In this document: positions 1 through 9,024 of the stretch, one piece after another
How the letters are laid out: the number at the start of each line of letters is the position of its first letter
Position numbering within the stretch: the first letter of the stretch is position 1
The notes under the pieces: generated by a model
Told to the model about the DNA's origin: nothing
Database searches by the model: none
What the model saw: the letters and a program-made list of their open reading frames with translations, nothing else
DNA from: Hyphomicrobiaceae bacterium
GTDB lineage: Bacteria; Pseudomonadota; Alphaproteobacteria; Rhizobiales; Hyphomicrobiaceae
Reading direction: 5' to 3'
DNA: 64,000 nt
Assembly: GCA_039808585.1 (NCBI GenBank)
Contig: JBDHTJ010000002.1
Span: forward strand, 1,440 to 65,439
Translations under genes and position numbers: made by a program

Positions 1-127
1 CGCCCGTTCTCGCTGGCATTGACGGTTATAGTTGGCGCCGCCTTCGGACTGTTCTTCTATTTCGGCGAGCGGGGCATGGTGGACAAGCGCGTCCTGTTCA
101 TGCTGTGGCAGCCGGCCGTTGCCTTCG

Positions 128-808
128 TCATCGGGCTTTCGGCCGCGGCTCCTGCTTCCGATCAACGATGATCCGGTCGCTGCCCGCTGCCTTCACGATG
201 AAATGCTCGCCGTTGCCCGGCTCATACTCCACGCGCGGCCCGGCCGGAAACGTCAACGACATTGGATTGCAGCTGCGATAGGTGGCCGACTTGCCATCCT
301 CGAGCGTACGTGGCTTGCCGCCGATGCGATACTCCACCGGAAACCCCGCCTTGTTCTCGATCGTAAAGGCGATGCGCTCGCTTTCAGGCCGCGCAAGCAT
401 CTGTACCGACACAAACTGTCCGGGATGATCGGGCACCTTCGCCACCCCGATGCCGATGTCCGTCGCGCCCGGCATCAGGATGTTGCGGCGGTGCACATCC
501 GACTTCTTCCAGCCGTTCACGGCTTCCTCCGCCAAGGCCTTCGCGGTGAAGCCCGCCCGGTTGGAATCGACCGCCAGGTTCTCGGCCACGAAGCAAAAGC
601 GATAACCCTGCACCTCGGCGCGCTGATGCGGCTTCTTCCCATCCGCTTCGTGCGTGAATTTGCCGGTGCGCGCCAGCAGTTGAGCATAGGCCCGCGCCGC
701 CGCCGCCAGCTTCGGGTCCGCCTTCACGCCCGCCTGCCCCTGACTCTTGCGGAACGCATTGGTCATCTCGATGATCGCGGCTTCGGTCTTGGGCAGATCC
801 GGCATCAT
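128..808 (-). CDS. CAP/SCP (YkwD-like) domain protein with C-terminal extension
   Basis: Part of minus ORF 128..1246. A family-like pattern (AAAARAYAQLLARTGKFTHE, VAENLA, NGWKKSDVHRRNIL, TDIGIGVA) begins only after the internal MM start (ATG at 808). The longer 5' part overlaps the + strand crotonase gene and looks like antisense read-through. Confidence 0.65.
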   Translation of the reverse strand: MMPDLPKTEAAIIEMTNAFRKSQGQAGVKADPKLAAAARAYAQLLARTGKFTHEADGKKPHQRAEVQGYRFCFVAENLAVDSNRAGFTAKALAEEAVNGWKKSDVHRRNILMPGATDIGIGVAKVPDHPGQFVSVQMLARPESERIAFTIENKAGFPVEYRIGGKPRTLEDGKSATYRSCNPMSLTFPAGPRVEYEPGNGEHFIVKAAGSDRIIVDRKQEPRPKAR

Positions 809-955
809 CGCTGGAAACGGCTCCCTTCGTTTGACGAGCCCAATACATCTCCTTCGCGCGCGCTGCAAGGAAGGGGCGGAAGACGGTGGAAGTTGACGCT
901 GGCGCCGAAGATGGTGTTGGCTTTCCGCAACCAGCAACCCGCCAGGAGCGCCCCC

Positions 956-1810
956 ATGTCCGCCGCCAACGACAGCACCTGCTTCAAGGTCACCATCGCC
1001 GACGGCGTGGCACATCTCGAGATGAAACGGCCGGAGAAGATGAACTCCATGACGCGCCCGTTCTGGTCGGAATTGCCGGCGATCGTGCGCGAGATCGATG
1101 CCGGTGCCAAGGCGCGCGTCATCGTCCTCTCCTCCTCCGGCAAGCATTTCTGTGCCGGCATGGATCTCGAAGTGTTCGCAGAGAACGGGGCGCTCGCCGC
1201 GGGCCAGAAAACGGATCCGCACGTGCTCAACGAGGCATTCCGGCACCTCGTGCTGGGCCTGCAGGAAACCTTCTCTTGCCTAGACGAGGTGCGCATGCCC
1301 GTGATCGCCGCTATCCAGGGCGGTTGCATCGGCGGCGCCGTGGACATGACGTCGGCCTGTGACATCCGCTATTGCACGGAAGACGCGTTCTTCTGCATCC
1401 AGGAAATCAATATCGGCATGACGGCCGACGTAGGCACGTTTCCCCGCCTGTGCAAGCTGATCCCCGAAGGGTGGGTGCGCGAAATGGCCTACACCGGGCG
1501 CCGCCTTCCAGCCCGCAAGGCCGAGGCCATTGGCCTCGTGAACGAGGTCTATCCCGACCACGCATCCATGATGGCCGCGGTCATGGCCACGGCACGCGAA
1601 ATCGCCGCGAAGAACCCGCTGGCGGTCACCGGCTCCAAGGTGATGATCAACTATGCCCGCGACCACACGCTCAAGGATGCGCTCGACTACATCGCGCTTT
1701 GGCAGACGGGCATGTTCTCGCGCCCGCACATGGGCGAGGCGTTCCGCGCGCAACAGGAAAAGCGCCCCGCCAAGTTCCCCGACCTGGCGCCCCTCCGCAC
1801 CAAGCTTTGA
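956..1810 (+). CDS. enoyl-CoA hydratase/isomerase (crotonase) family protein, dienoyl-CoA isomerase-like
   Basis: In-frame ATG at 956 within ORF 32..1810. MSAANDSTCFKVTIADGVAHLEMKRPEKMNSM...SSSGKHFCAGMDLEVF...GGCIGGAVDM is the classic crotonase fold signature. The upstream 308 codons are Arg/Pro-rich with no family signal. Confidence 0.85.
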   Translation: MSAANDSTCFKVTIADGVAHLEMKRPEKMNSMTRPFWSELPAIVREIDAGAKARVIVLSSSGKHFCAGMDLEVFAENGALAAGQKTDPHVLNEAFRHLVLGLQETFSCLDEVRMPVIAAIQGGCIGGAVDMTSACDIRYCTEDAFFCIQEINIGMTADVGTFPRLCKLIPEGWVREMAYTGRRLPARKAEAIGLVNEVYPDHASMMAAVMATAREIAAKNPLAVTGSKVMINYARDHTLKDALDYIALWQTGMFSRPHMGEAFRAQQEKRPAKFPDLAPLRTKL

Positions 1811-1835
1811 GGCCCAGGCACAGGCAGATAGCGCA

Positions 1836-2237
1836 TCACTTCTTGGCTGCGCCATGCGCCCGCTGGTAGGGCGCAATCGCAGCGAGCACCTCAGGCGTGC
1901 CCGCGGGCATCACGATCGTGAGCTTGCCGTCTGTCGTCGTCATGGTGAGCGCGCCAACACGCACCCCAACCTTCTTCGACCCGACGGCGATGATGAGGCC
2001 TTCGAGCTGCGCGCCGGAGATGATGATGTCTTCTACCGTGCCGAGCGTCTTACCGTCCTTGTCGCTCACTTTGGCACCAAGCAGGCTCTCCTTGCCCAGC
2101 ACCTGAGCCGACGTCTGCCCTTTGAAGAACGTATTGGCCGGAATGGCAGGCGCCTTCTTCTGCTCGTCCGCCTTCTGGGCAAAGGCCGGAACCGACAGCA
2201 TCAGGGCCGCGGCGAGCACGAGAGCGAGCTTGTTCAT
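1836..2237 (-). CDS. secreted PRC-barrel domain protein
   Basis: 133 aa with signal peptide MNKLALVLAAALMLSVPAFA, followed by LLGAKVSDKDGKTLGTVEDIIISGAQLEGLIIAVG, which is typical of PRC-barrel domains. Confidence 0.7.
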   Translation of the reverse strand: MNKLALVLAAALMLSVPAFAQKADEQKKAPAIPANTFFKGQTSAQVLGKESLLGAKVSDKDGKTLGTVEDIIISGAQLEGLIIAVGSKKVGVRVGALTMTTTDGKLTIVMPAGTPEVLAAIAPYQRAHGAAKK

Positions 2238-2545
2238 CTAGGAAATCTCCAACGGTGGCCGAAACAGCCGGTCGCAGGGGTGATGTAGGGGGTGATTCCG
2301 ACCTCGGCAAGACAGGTTTCGGGGCCGTTTAGAAAGGCTTCCCGCCGGCCCCGCCCAGGGCCATCCAAATGCCATCTTGGCGGGCAATAAGTTATTGACA
2401 GAAAAGATCTTCTATTGGGTTGCGATGGGCTTCCCCGTCGGCTATCACACTGGTTAACAATCAGGGTCCGGGAAAGCTATCGGCCCCAGGCTTGGCGAGC
2501 ATTGCAAGCCGCTCGCAATCAGCACATCAGAAGGGTTACGCTCAA

Positions 2546-5416
2546 GTGGCGGACGATAAAGATCCACCGCGCTCCGGCGGTGGCGACAAGGACGGCAAGG
2601 GACCCGGGCCAAGCGACATCCGCCCCGTGTCCATCACCGACGAGATGAAGCGCTCCTACCTCGATTACGCCATGAGCGTCATCGTCTCGCGGGCGCTGCC
2701 GGACGTGCGCGACGGCCTCAAGCCCGTGCATCGTCGCATCCTCTTTGCGATGCACGAACTCGGCAACGACTGGAACAAAAAATACGTCAAGAGCGCCCGC
2801 GTCGTGGGCGAGGTGATGGGCAAGTACCACCCGCACGGCAACCTGGCGATCTATGACGCGCTCGTGCGCATGGCGCAGGATTTCTCCATGCGCCTGCCGC
2901 TCATCGACGGCCAGGGCAACTTCGGCTCCCTCGACGGCGACCCCCCAGCAGCAGAACGATACACCGAGTGCCGCCTCGCCAAGGTCGCCCACTCGCTTCT
3001 CGACGACATCGACAAGGACACGATCGACTGGCGCGAGAACTACGACGGCACGTTGCGCGAGCCCGCAGTGCTTCCCGCAAAGTTCCCGAACCTGCTCGTC
3101 AACGGCTCTGGCGGCATCGCCGTCGGCATGGCCACGAACATCCCGCCGCACAACCTGGGCGAGGTGATCGACGCCTGCATCGCCCACCTCGACAATCCCG
3201 AAATCACGATCGATGAGCTGACCCAGATCGTACCAGGGCCGGATTTCCCAACCGGGGGGCGCATCCTCGGCCGCGCTGGCGTGCTCGCCGCCTATCACAA
3301 AGGCCGCGGCTCCATCATCATGCGTGCCAACGTCCACACCGAGGAGATCCGCAAGGACCGCGAGGCGCTGATCGTCACGGCCATTCCCTACCAGGTGAAC
3401 AAACGCACGCTGGTCGAGAAGATCGCCGAACACGTGCGTGAGAAGCGCGTGGAAGGCATTTCCGACATCTGGGACGAGAGCAACCGCGAGGGCATGCGCA
3501 TCGTCATCGAGCTGAAGCGCGATGCGGTGGCAGACGTCGTGCTCAACCAGCTATGGCGGTTTTCGGACCTGCAGACGACGTTCGGGGCCAACATGCTCGC
3601 CATCAACGGCGGCCGGCCCGAACAGCTGAACCTCAAGGATTTCATCGCCACCTTCACCTCCTTCCGCGAGGAGGTGGTAAGCCGCCGCACCAAGCACCTG
3701 CTCGCCAAGTCGCGTGACCGCGCCCACGTCTTGGTCGGCCTTGCCGTAGCCGTGGCAAACATCGATGAGATGATCGTTCTCATCCGAACGGCACCAAGCC
3801 CTGCGGAGGCGCGCGAACAGATGATGTCGCGCGACTGGCCGGCCAAGGACATCGCGCCTCTGGTCGAGCTCATCGCCGATCCGCGCCATAAGGTTTCGCA
3901 CGCCGGCACCATCCGCCTCTCGGAAGAGCAGGCACGCGCTATCCTCGACCTGCGCCTGCAGCGCCTGACGGCGCTTGGCCGCGACGAGATCGGCGACGAA
4001 CTGAAGAAGCTCGGCGAAGAGATCCGCGAGTATCTCGAGATCCTGTCGTCACGCACCCGCATCATCGGCCTCATCAAGGATGAGCTGAACGCGCTGAAGA
4101 GCGAGTTTTCCACGCCGCGCCTCACCGAGATCATCGAGATGGAAGGTGAGGTCGAGGACGAGGATCTCATCCAGCGCGAGGACGTCGTCGTCACCGTCAG
4201 CCACCGCGGCTACATCAAGCGCGTGCCGCTCTCCACCTATCGGGCACAGCGGCGCGGCGGCAAGGGCCGCTCCGGCATGACGACGCGCGAAGAGGATGTG
4301 GTTACCCAGATCTTCATCGCATCCACGCACACGCCGGTGCTGTTCTTCTCATCCCGCGGCATGGCCTATCGCATGAAGGTGTGGAGGCTGCCGGCCGCCA
4401 CACCCCAATCGACCGGCAAGGCTCTCGTAAACCTGCTTCCGCTCTCCGAGGGCGAGAGGATCACCTCCATTCTGCCGCTGCCGGAAGACGCCGCGACGTG
4501 GGGCAACCTCGAGCTGATGTTTGCCACCAGGTCGGGCTACGTGCGCCGCAACAGCCTCGCCGATTTCGAGAGCATCAATCGCAACGGCAAGATCGCCATG
4601 AAGCTCGACGAGGGCGACAGCATCGTACGCGTCGCCATCTGCCGATCTGCCGGTGGCGGCGAAGGCGCGCCTGAGGCCGAGCCGGCCGACATCGAGAACG
4701 GCATCAGCACCACGAGCGGCAAAGTGCTCGAGAACGTGCTTCTCACCACCGCTTCGGGCCGCTGCATCCGCTTTCCCGTCGACGACGTGCGTCTCTTCAA
4801 GGGCCGCGACTCTTCCGGCGTGCGCGGCATCCGCCTGGACGATGGCGACACCGTCATTTCCATGGCCATTCTCCGCCACGCCGACGCCACGCCCGGCGAG
4901 CGCGCGGCCTACCTCAAGCAGGCCACCGCCATGCGTCGTGCACAAGGCGCAGACGTAGCCGACGCCGCGCCTGAGGTGGAAGCAGAGGAAGCCGCAGAAA
5001 GCGTCGAGCTTTCACCTGAGCGCTATGCGGAACTCGGAGGTCGGGAGCAGTTCGTCTTGACGGTGTCGGAGCGCGGCTTCGGCAAACGCTCGTCGTCTTA
5101 CGATTACCGCATCTCCGGACGCGGCGGCAAAGGCATCACCGCCATGATCGTCAACGATCGCAACGGGCCGCTCGTCGCCTCCTTCCCGATCGAGGAAACG
5201 GATCAGATCATGCTGGTCACCGATGGTGGCAAACTGATCCGCTGCCCCGTGGACGACGTTCGCATCGCCGCCCGCAATACGCAGGGCGTACGCATCTTCC
5301 GAACGGACGAGGGTGAAAAAGTCGTGTCGGTGGAGCGCATCCCAGAGGACAGCGGCGACGCAAACAGCGAGCCCGGCATGAACGGCGAGCCCGAAGGCGA
5401 CCTGGGGCCGGCATAA
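2546..5416 (+). CDS. gyrA: DNA gyrase subunit A
   Basis: ORF 2420..5416. [37 protein letters not shown], active-site region [32 protein letters not shown], GyrA-box QRRGGKG. The start is most likely the GTG at 2546 (VADDKD...); the 42 codons upstream show no GyrA-like pattern. The exact start is uncertain. Confidence 0.95.
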   Translation: MADDKDPPRSGGGDKDGKGPGPSDIRPVSITDEMKRSYLDYAMSVIVSRALPDVRDGLKPVHRRILFAMHELGNDWNKKYVKSARVVGEVMGKYHPHGNLAIYDALVRMAQDFSMRLPLIDGQGNFGSLDGDPPAAERYTECRLAKVAHSLLDDIDKDTIDWRENYDGTLREPAVLPAKFPNLLVNGSGGIAVGMATNIPPHNLGEVIDACIAHLDNPEITIDELTQIVPGPDFPTGGRILGRAGVLAAYHKGRGSIIMRANVHTEEIRKDREALIVTAIPYQVNKRTLVEKIAEHVREKRVEGISDIWDESNREGMRIVIELKRDAVADVVLNQLWRFSDLQTTFGANMLAINGGRPEQLNLKDFIATFTSFREEVVSRRTKHLLAKSRDRAHVLVGLAVAVANIDEMIVLIRTAPSPAEAREQMMSRDWPAKDIAPLVELIADPRHKVSHAGTIRLSEEQARAILDLRLQRLTALGRDEIGDELKKLGEEIREYLEILSSRTRIIGLIKDELNALKSEFSTPRLTEIIEMEGEVEDEDLIQREDVVVTVSHRGYIKRVPLSTYRAQRRGGKGRSGMTTREEDVVTQIFIASTHTPVLFFSSRGMAYRMKVWRLPAATPQSTGKALVNLLPLSEGERITSILPLPEDAATWGNLELMFATRSGYVRRNSLADFESINRNGKIAMKLDEGDSIVRVAICRSAGGGEGAPEAEPADIENGISTTSGKVLENVLLTTASGRCIRFPVDDVRLFKGRDSSGVRGIRLDDGDTVISMAILRHADATPGERAAYLKQATAMRRAQGADVADAAPEVEAEEAAESVELSPERYAELGGREQFVLTVSERGFGKRSSSYDYRISGRGGKGITAMIVNDRNGPLVASFPIEETDQIMLVTDGGKLIRCPVDDVRIAARNTQGVRIFRTDEGEKVVSVERIPEDSGDANSEPGMNGEPEGDLGPA

Positions 5417-5508
5417 CCGGCCCCTCCCGCCTTCGCATATTGGACAAACGCCGAAGGCGACGCGTGCAAAGCGCCCACACGCAAACGCGTCTGCGATACG
5501 ATTGCGCG

Positions 5509-6822
5509 CTACTCCGCAGCGATCGGCATCGTGCCTTGCGCAGCCTTGGTGCCTTCCATGATCGCGGTCACGCCCATGCCGCCCGCCGTGCAGACGGAGA
5601 TGAGCCCGCGTCCGCCATGCACCGACAGCAGCTTCGCCAAATTCGCGATGATGCGCGCGCCGGTGGCCGCGAACGGATGTCCAACTGCAAGGCTCGATCC
5701 CTTGACGTTCAGCTTGGAGCGGTCGATCGACCCCAGCGGCGCATCGAGACCGAGCTTTTCCTTGCAGTAGACGGGGTCTTCCCACGCCTTCAACGTGGCG
5801 AGCACCTGCGCCGCGAAGGCCTCGTGGATCTCGTAGAAATCGAAGTCCTGCAACTTCAGCCCCGTGCGCTGGAGCATCTTTGCGACTGCAATCGTGGGCG
5901 CCATCAGCAACCCCTCACCGGCGACGAAATTCACCGCTGCGTTCTGCGTGTGCGTGAGGTAGGCCATCACCGGTAGCCCGCGCTTGGCGGCCCACTCCTC
6001 TGAGGCAAGCAGCACGCACGCTGCGCCATCCGTGAGCGGCGTGGAATTGGCCGCCGTGAGCGTTCCGCGCTCGCTCTTGTCAAAGGCATTCTTGAGGGTT
6101 GCGATCTTCTCGAGACTGATGTCCTCGCGCAGATTGTTGTCGCGGTAGACGCCGGCAAACGGCACCACGAGATCGTCCATCCAGCCTTCACGATAGGCCG
6201 CTGCCGCCTTGTGATGGCTTTCGTAGGCGATCTGGTCCTGCTCGGCTCGGGAGATGCCCCAGTCTTGCGCCATCAGCTCCGTGTGCTGGCCCATCGACAT
6301 GCCCGTGCGCGGCTCGCCCGTGGACGGCGGCTGCGGCGCAAGCTCGGCAAGCGACATGCCCTTGAAAGCGCCCAGCCGATCCTTCAGCGTCTTGGCGCCC
6401 TGCGCCTCGACGAGGCGCTTTGCAAACTTGGGCTTGAACACGATGGGCGCATCGGACGTCGTATCGGAACCGGCGGCGATCCCGCTCTCGATCTCGCCCG
6501 CTGCAATCTTGGCCATCAAGATGCCGGCCGCCTGCAGGCTCGTGCCGCAGGCCTGCTGCAGCGTGACGCCGGGTGTCGAAGGGGCGAGCTTCGTGTTCAG
6601 CACGGCTTCACGGGCGAGGTTCCAGTCCCGCGAATGCGAGACGACGGCACCACCGATCACCTCGTCGATGTGGACACCGGCAAGGTTGTAGCGCTCCACC
6701 AGCCCCGCCAGGGCCGCCGACATCATCTCGAGGTTCGACTGGTCGGCATACAAGGTGTTGGAGCGACAGAAGGGAATGCGCACACCGCCGACGACGGCCA
6801 CGCGACGCAGGGACTGGGTCAT
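5509..6822 (-). CDS. acetyl-CoA C-acyltransferase (FadI/FadA-type 3-ketoacyl-CoA thiolase)
   Basis: 437 aa. Has the N-terminal RVAVVGGVRIPF, the acyl-enzyme Cys region QQACGTSLQA, and the C-terminal GLISVCTAGGMG thiolase motif. Lies immediately downstream of the multifunctional beta-oxidation gene. Confidence 0.9.
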   Translation of the reverse strand: MTQSLRRVAVVGGVRIPFCRSNTLYADQSNLEMMSAALAGLVERYNLAGVHIDEVIGGAVVSHSRDWNLAREAVLNTKLAPSTPGVTLQQACGTSLQAAGILMAKIAAGEIESGIAAGSDTTSDAPIVFKPKFAKRLVEAQGAKTLKDRLGAFKGMSLAELAPQPPSTGEPRTGMSMGQHTELMAQDWGISRAEQDQIAYESHHKAAAAYREGWMDDLVVPFAGVYRDNNLREDISLEKIATLKNAFDKSERGTLTAANSTPLTDGAACVLLASEEWAAKRGLPVMAYLTHTQNAAVNFVAGEGLLMAPTIAVAKMLQRTGLKLQDFDFYEIHEAFAAQVLATLKAWEDPVYCKEKLGLDAPLGSIDRSKLNVKGSSLAVGHPFAATGARIIANLAKLLSVHGGRGLISVCTAGGMGVTAIMEGTKAAQGTMPIAAE

Positions 6823-6856
6823 GGGAAGCTCCCGGCTTGCAATCTGGAAAAGGGTT

Positions 6857-8896
6857 TCACTCTGCCGCGGGGCGGAGCGGCGTCACATTCGACTTCTTCT
6901 CGCTGGCCGCGAAATTCAATGGTCCGCCGCGGAAGGGCGCGAACCCCGTGCCGAAGATCACGCCGGCGTCGACAAGATCCGCGTTCGCAACGACACCCTC
7001 GTCGAGCACCTTCTGCGCTTCCCTGATGAGCGGATCGACGAGTTCGCGCCCCAGGCGTTCGAGCTCGAAACGATCATAGGGGTGCGCTGGCTCCTTACGC
7101 TCGGGCTTTCCGTCCTTCCAGACATAGAAGCCCTCGCCGGACTTCTTGCCGAGCTTGCCTGCCGACACCATCGCTTCCAGTTTCGCAGCCGAAGGCGGCA
7201 GGGCCACGCCCGCCGCACCCGCAAGGATCTTGCCGACGTTGGCGCACACATCGAGACCGACGGTATCGGCAAGCTCCACCGGCCCCATGGGCATGCCGAA
7301 AGCGCGCGCCGCCTCGTCGATCTTCTCCTTGGCCTCACCCTTCTCGACCCGCTCCAGCGCCGCCATCATGTAGGGGCCGAGCACACGATTGACGAGGAAG
7401 CCGGGGCTGCTCTTCACGATCAGCGGGAACTTGCCGATGGCCGTCACGAAAGCGCAGCCCTTCTCCACCTCTTCCTGGCGCGCCATCGTGCTCTTGATCA
7501 CCTCAACGAGCGGCATCTGCGCGACGGGATTGAAGAAGTGCACGCCGATGAGCCTGCCAGGGTCCGCAAGCGGCTCGGCAATCTTCTCGATGATGATGGA
7601 GGACGTATTCGTCGCCATCACCGCGCCAGGCTTCAGCTTGCCCTCGATCGACTTGAACAGCGCCTGCTTTACTTCCAGCTTCTCGACGATCGCCTCGATG
7701 ACGATGTCCGCACGGCCGATGTAGTCGCCCTTTGCATCGGCGATGAAACGCGCCTTGGCCGCATCGCGCTGCGCCTTGGTCTTGAAGCGGCGCGAGAGCA
7801 GCTTCTTCTGCGCGTCCATGCCCTTCTTGATCTGTTCTGCGTTCAGGTCCTGCAGCGACACCTCCATGCCCGAGGCGACGCACCAGCCTGCGATGTCCGC
7901 GCCCATCACACCGGCGCCGATGACGTGCACGCGCAGCGGCTTCCAGGCCGACGATTTTGGCGCCTGCGCCTTCATCATCTCCGACAGCTTGAAGACGCGG
8001 CGCAGGTTTCTCGAGGTGTCGCCCAGCATGAGCGGCGCGAATGCGCGCGTCTCTGCCTTCTTCATGCCTTCGAGGTTGCCGCCGTGCGTCTCGAACAAAT
8101 CGATTAGCCTGAAGGGGGCCGGATAATGCTCCTCGCGCACTTTCTTCTTCGTCTCTGCGCGCATTTTGCCCGCGAGATAGCCACGCGCGGGCCAGCGGCG
8201 CAGCGCACCCTTCCAGCCACCAGCCGGTTTGGACCGGCGGTTCTTCTCGACGGCGCGACGCGCGGCCCACGGCAGGTTCAGTGCCGACGGCACGAGCTCG
8301 TCCACCAGCCCCATGCCCTTGGCAGCCCCGGCTCGGATCATCGAGCCCGTCAGCATGATTTGCATGGCCGAGAGCGCACCGGCCTGGCGGATGGAGCGCG
8401 CCGTGCCGTTGAAGCCCGGGAAGATGCCGAGCTTCACCTCGGGGAAGCCGAGCTTCGTCGCCTCGTCGCGCGTGGCGATGCGCCAATGGCAGGCAAGCGC
8501 CAGCTCAAGGCCACCACCCAAACAGAAGCCATGGATGCAGCACACCACCGGCACCGGCAGCTTCTCGATCCGGTTCAGCATCTCGTTGACGGTGCCGACG
8601 CTCTCGATCACCTGGTCTTCCGAGGTGATTGTCTCGAACTCGCGCACGTCCGCGCCGACGATGAAGCCCTTCTCCTTGCCGGATTGGATGACGAGCCCCC
8701 GGATCGACTTGTCCCTGGCGCCCGCCTCGACACGCTCCACGATGGCGCCGAGTTCCTCGAGAGGCCGGCGTCCCATCGAGTTCTGGCTCTCGCCCTCCCG
8801 GTCGAACGTCGCCCAGGCAATGCCCTGCTTGTCGATCAGGAACCGCCAGTCGCGCAGATTGGAGAGATCGGTCATGACGTGCCTCACTCGGGACAT
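6857..8896 (-). CDS. multifunctional fatty-acid oxidation protein (enoyl-CoA hydratase + 3-hydroxyacyl-CoA dehydrogenase, FadJ/FadB type)
   Basis: 679 aa. N-terminal crotonase half (GFIVGADVREFE, CCIHGFCLGGGLELALAC) and a 3HCDH half with the Rossmann motif VHVIGAGVMGADIA. The start may be the internal MTDLSNL at 8875. Confidence 0.9.
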   Translation of the reverse strand: MSRVRHVMTDLSNLRDWRFLIDKQGIAWATFDREGESQNSMGRRPLEELGAIVERVEAGARDKSIRGLVIQSGKEKGFIVGADVREFETITSEDQVIESVGTVNEMLNRIEKLPVPVVCCIHGFCLGGGLELALACHWRIATRDEATKLGFPEVKLGIFPGFNGTARSIRQAGALSAMQIMLTGSMIRAGAAKGMGLVDELVPSALNLPWAARRAVEKNRRSKPAGGWKGALRRWPARGYLAGKMRAETKKKVREEHYPAPFRLIDLFETHGGNLEGMKKAETRAFAPLMLGDTSRNLRRVFKLSEMMKAQAPKSSAWKPLRVHVIGAGVMGADIAGWCVASGMEVSLQDLNAEQIKKGMDAQKKLLSRRFKTKAQRDAAKARFIADAKGDYIGRADIVIEAIVEKLEVKQALFKSIEGKLKPGAVMATNTSSIIIEKIAEPLADPGRLIGVHFFNPVAQMPLVEVIKSTMARQEEVEKGCAFVTAIGKFPLIVKSSPGFLVNRVLGPYMMAALERVEKGEAKEKIDEAARAFGMPMGPVELADTVGLDVCANVGKILAGAAGVALPPSAAKLEAMVSAGKLGKKSGEGFYVWKDGKPERKEPAHPYDRFELERLGRELVDPLIREAQKVLDEGVVANADLVDAGVIFGTGFAPFRGGPLNFAASEKKSNVTPLRPAAE

Positions 8897-9024
8897 GGGT
8901 GGCCAGACGCCACGCTGAGATTTGCTTCAGGTTGGAATGCGGTGCCCCACTCGGAGCACCTTCGAGGGGGCGCCGCGCGCCCTCCCCGTATGTCTTATGC
9001 TGAAACGCGAAAGGCAGCCGGCGG

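Noticed and set aside
32-955. N-terminal 308 codons of the 592-aa ORF 32..1810
   Set aside because: Crotonase similarity starts only at the ATG at 956. The upstream part overlaps the convergent CAP-domain gene and is Pro/Arg-rich.
2394-2420. TTGACA hexamer upstream of gyrA as a sigma-70 promoter
   Set aside because: No acceptable -10 element lies at 16-18 bp spacing (CTATTG is only 11 bp away), so no promoter feature was called.
5428-5459. Inverted repeat CGCCTTCG...CGAAGGCG between the convergent gyrA and thiolase genes as a terminator
   Set aside because: The stem is 8 bp with a 16-nt loop and no U-run on either strand. This is too weak to call.
6755-8107. 450-aa + strand ORF, and the 327-aa minus ORF 7503..8486 in another frame
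   Set aside because: Both overlap the multifunctional beta-oxidation gene, whose frame carries crotonase and Rossmann motifs. They are low-complexity, Arg-rich shadow frames.
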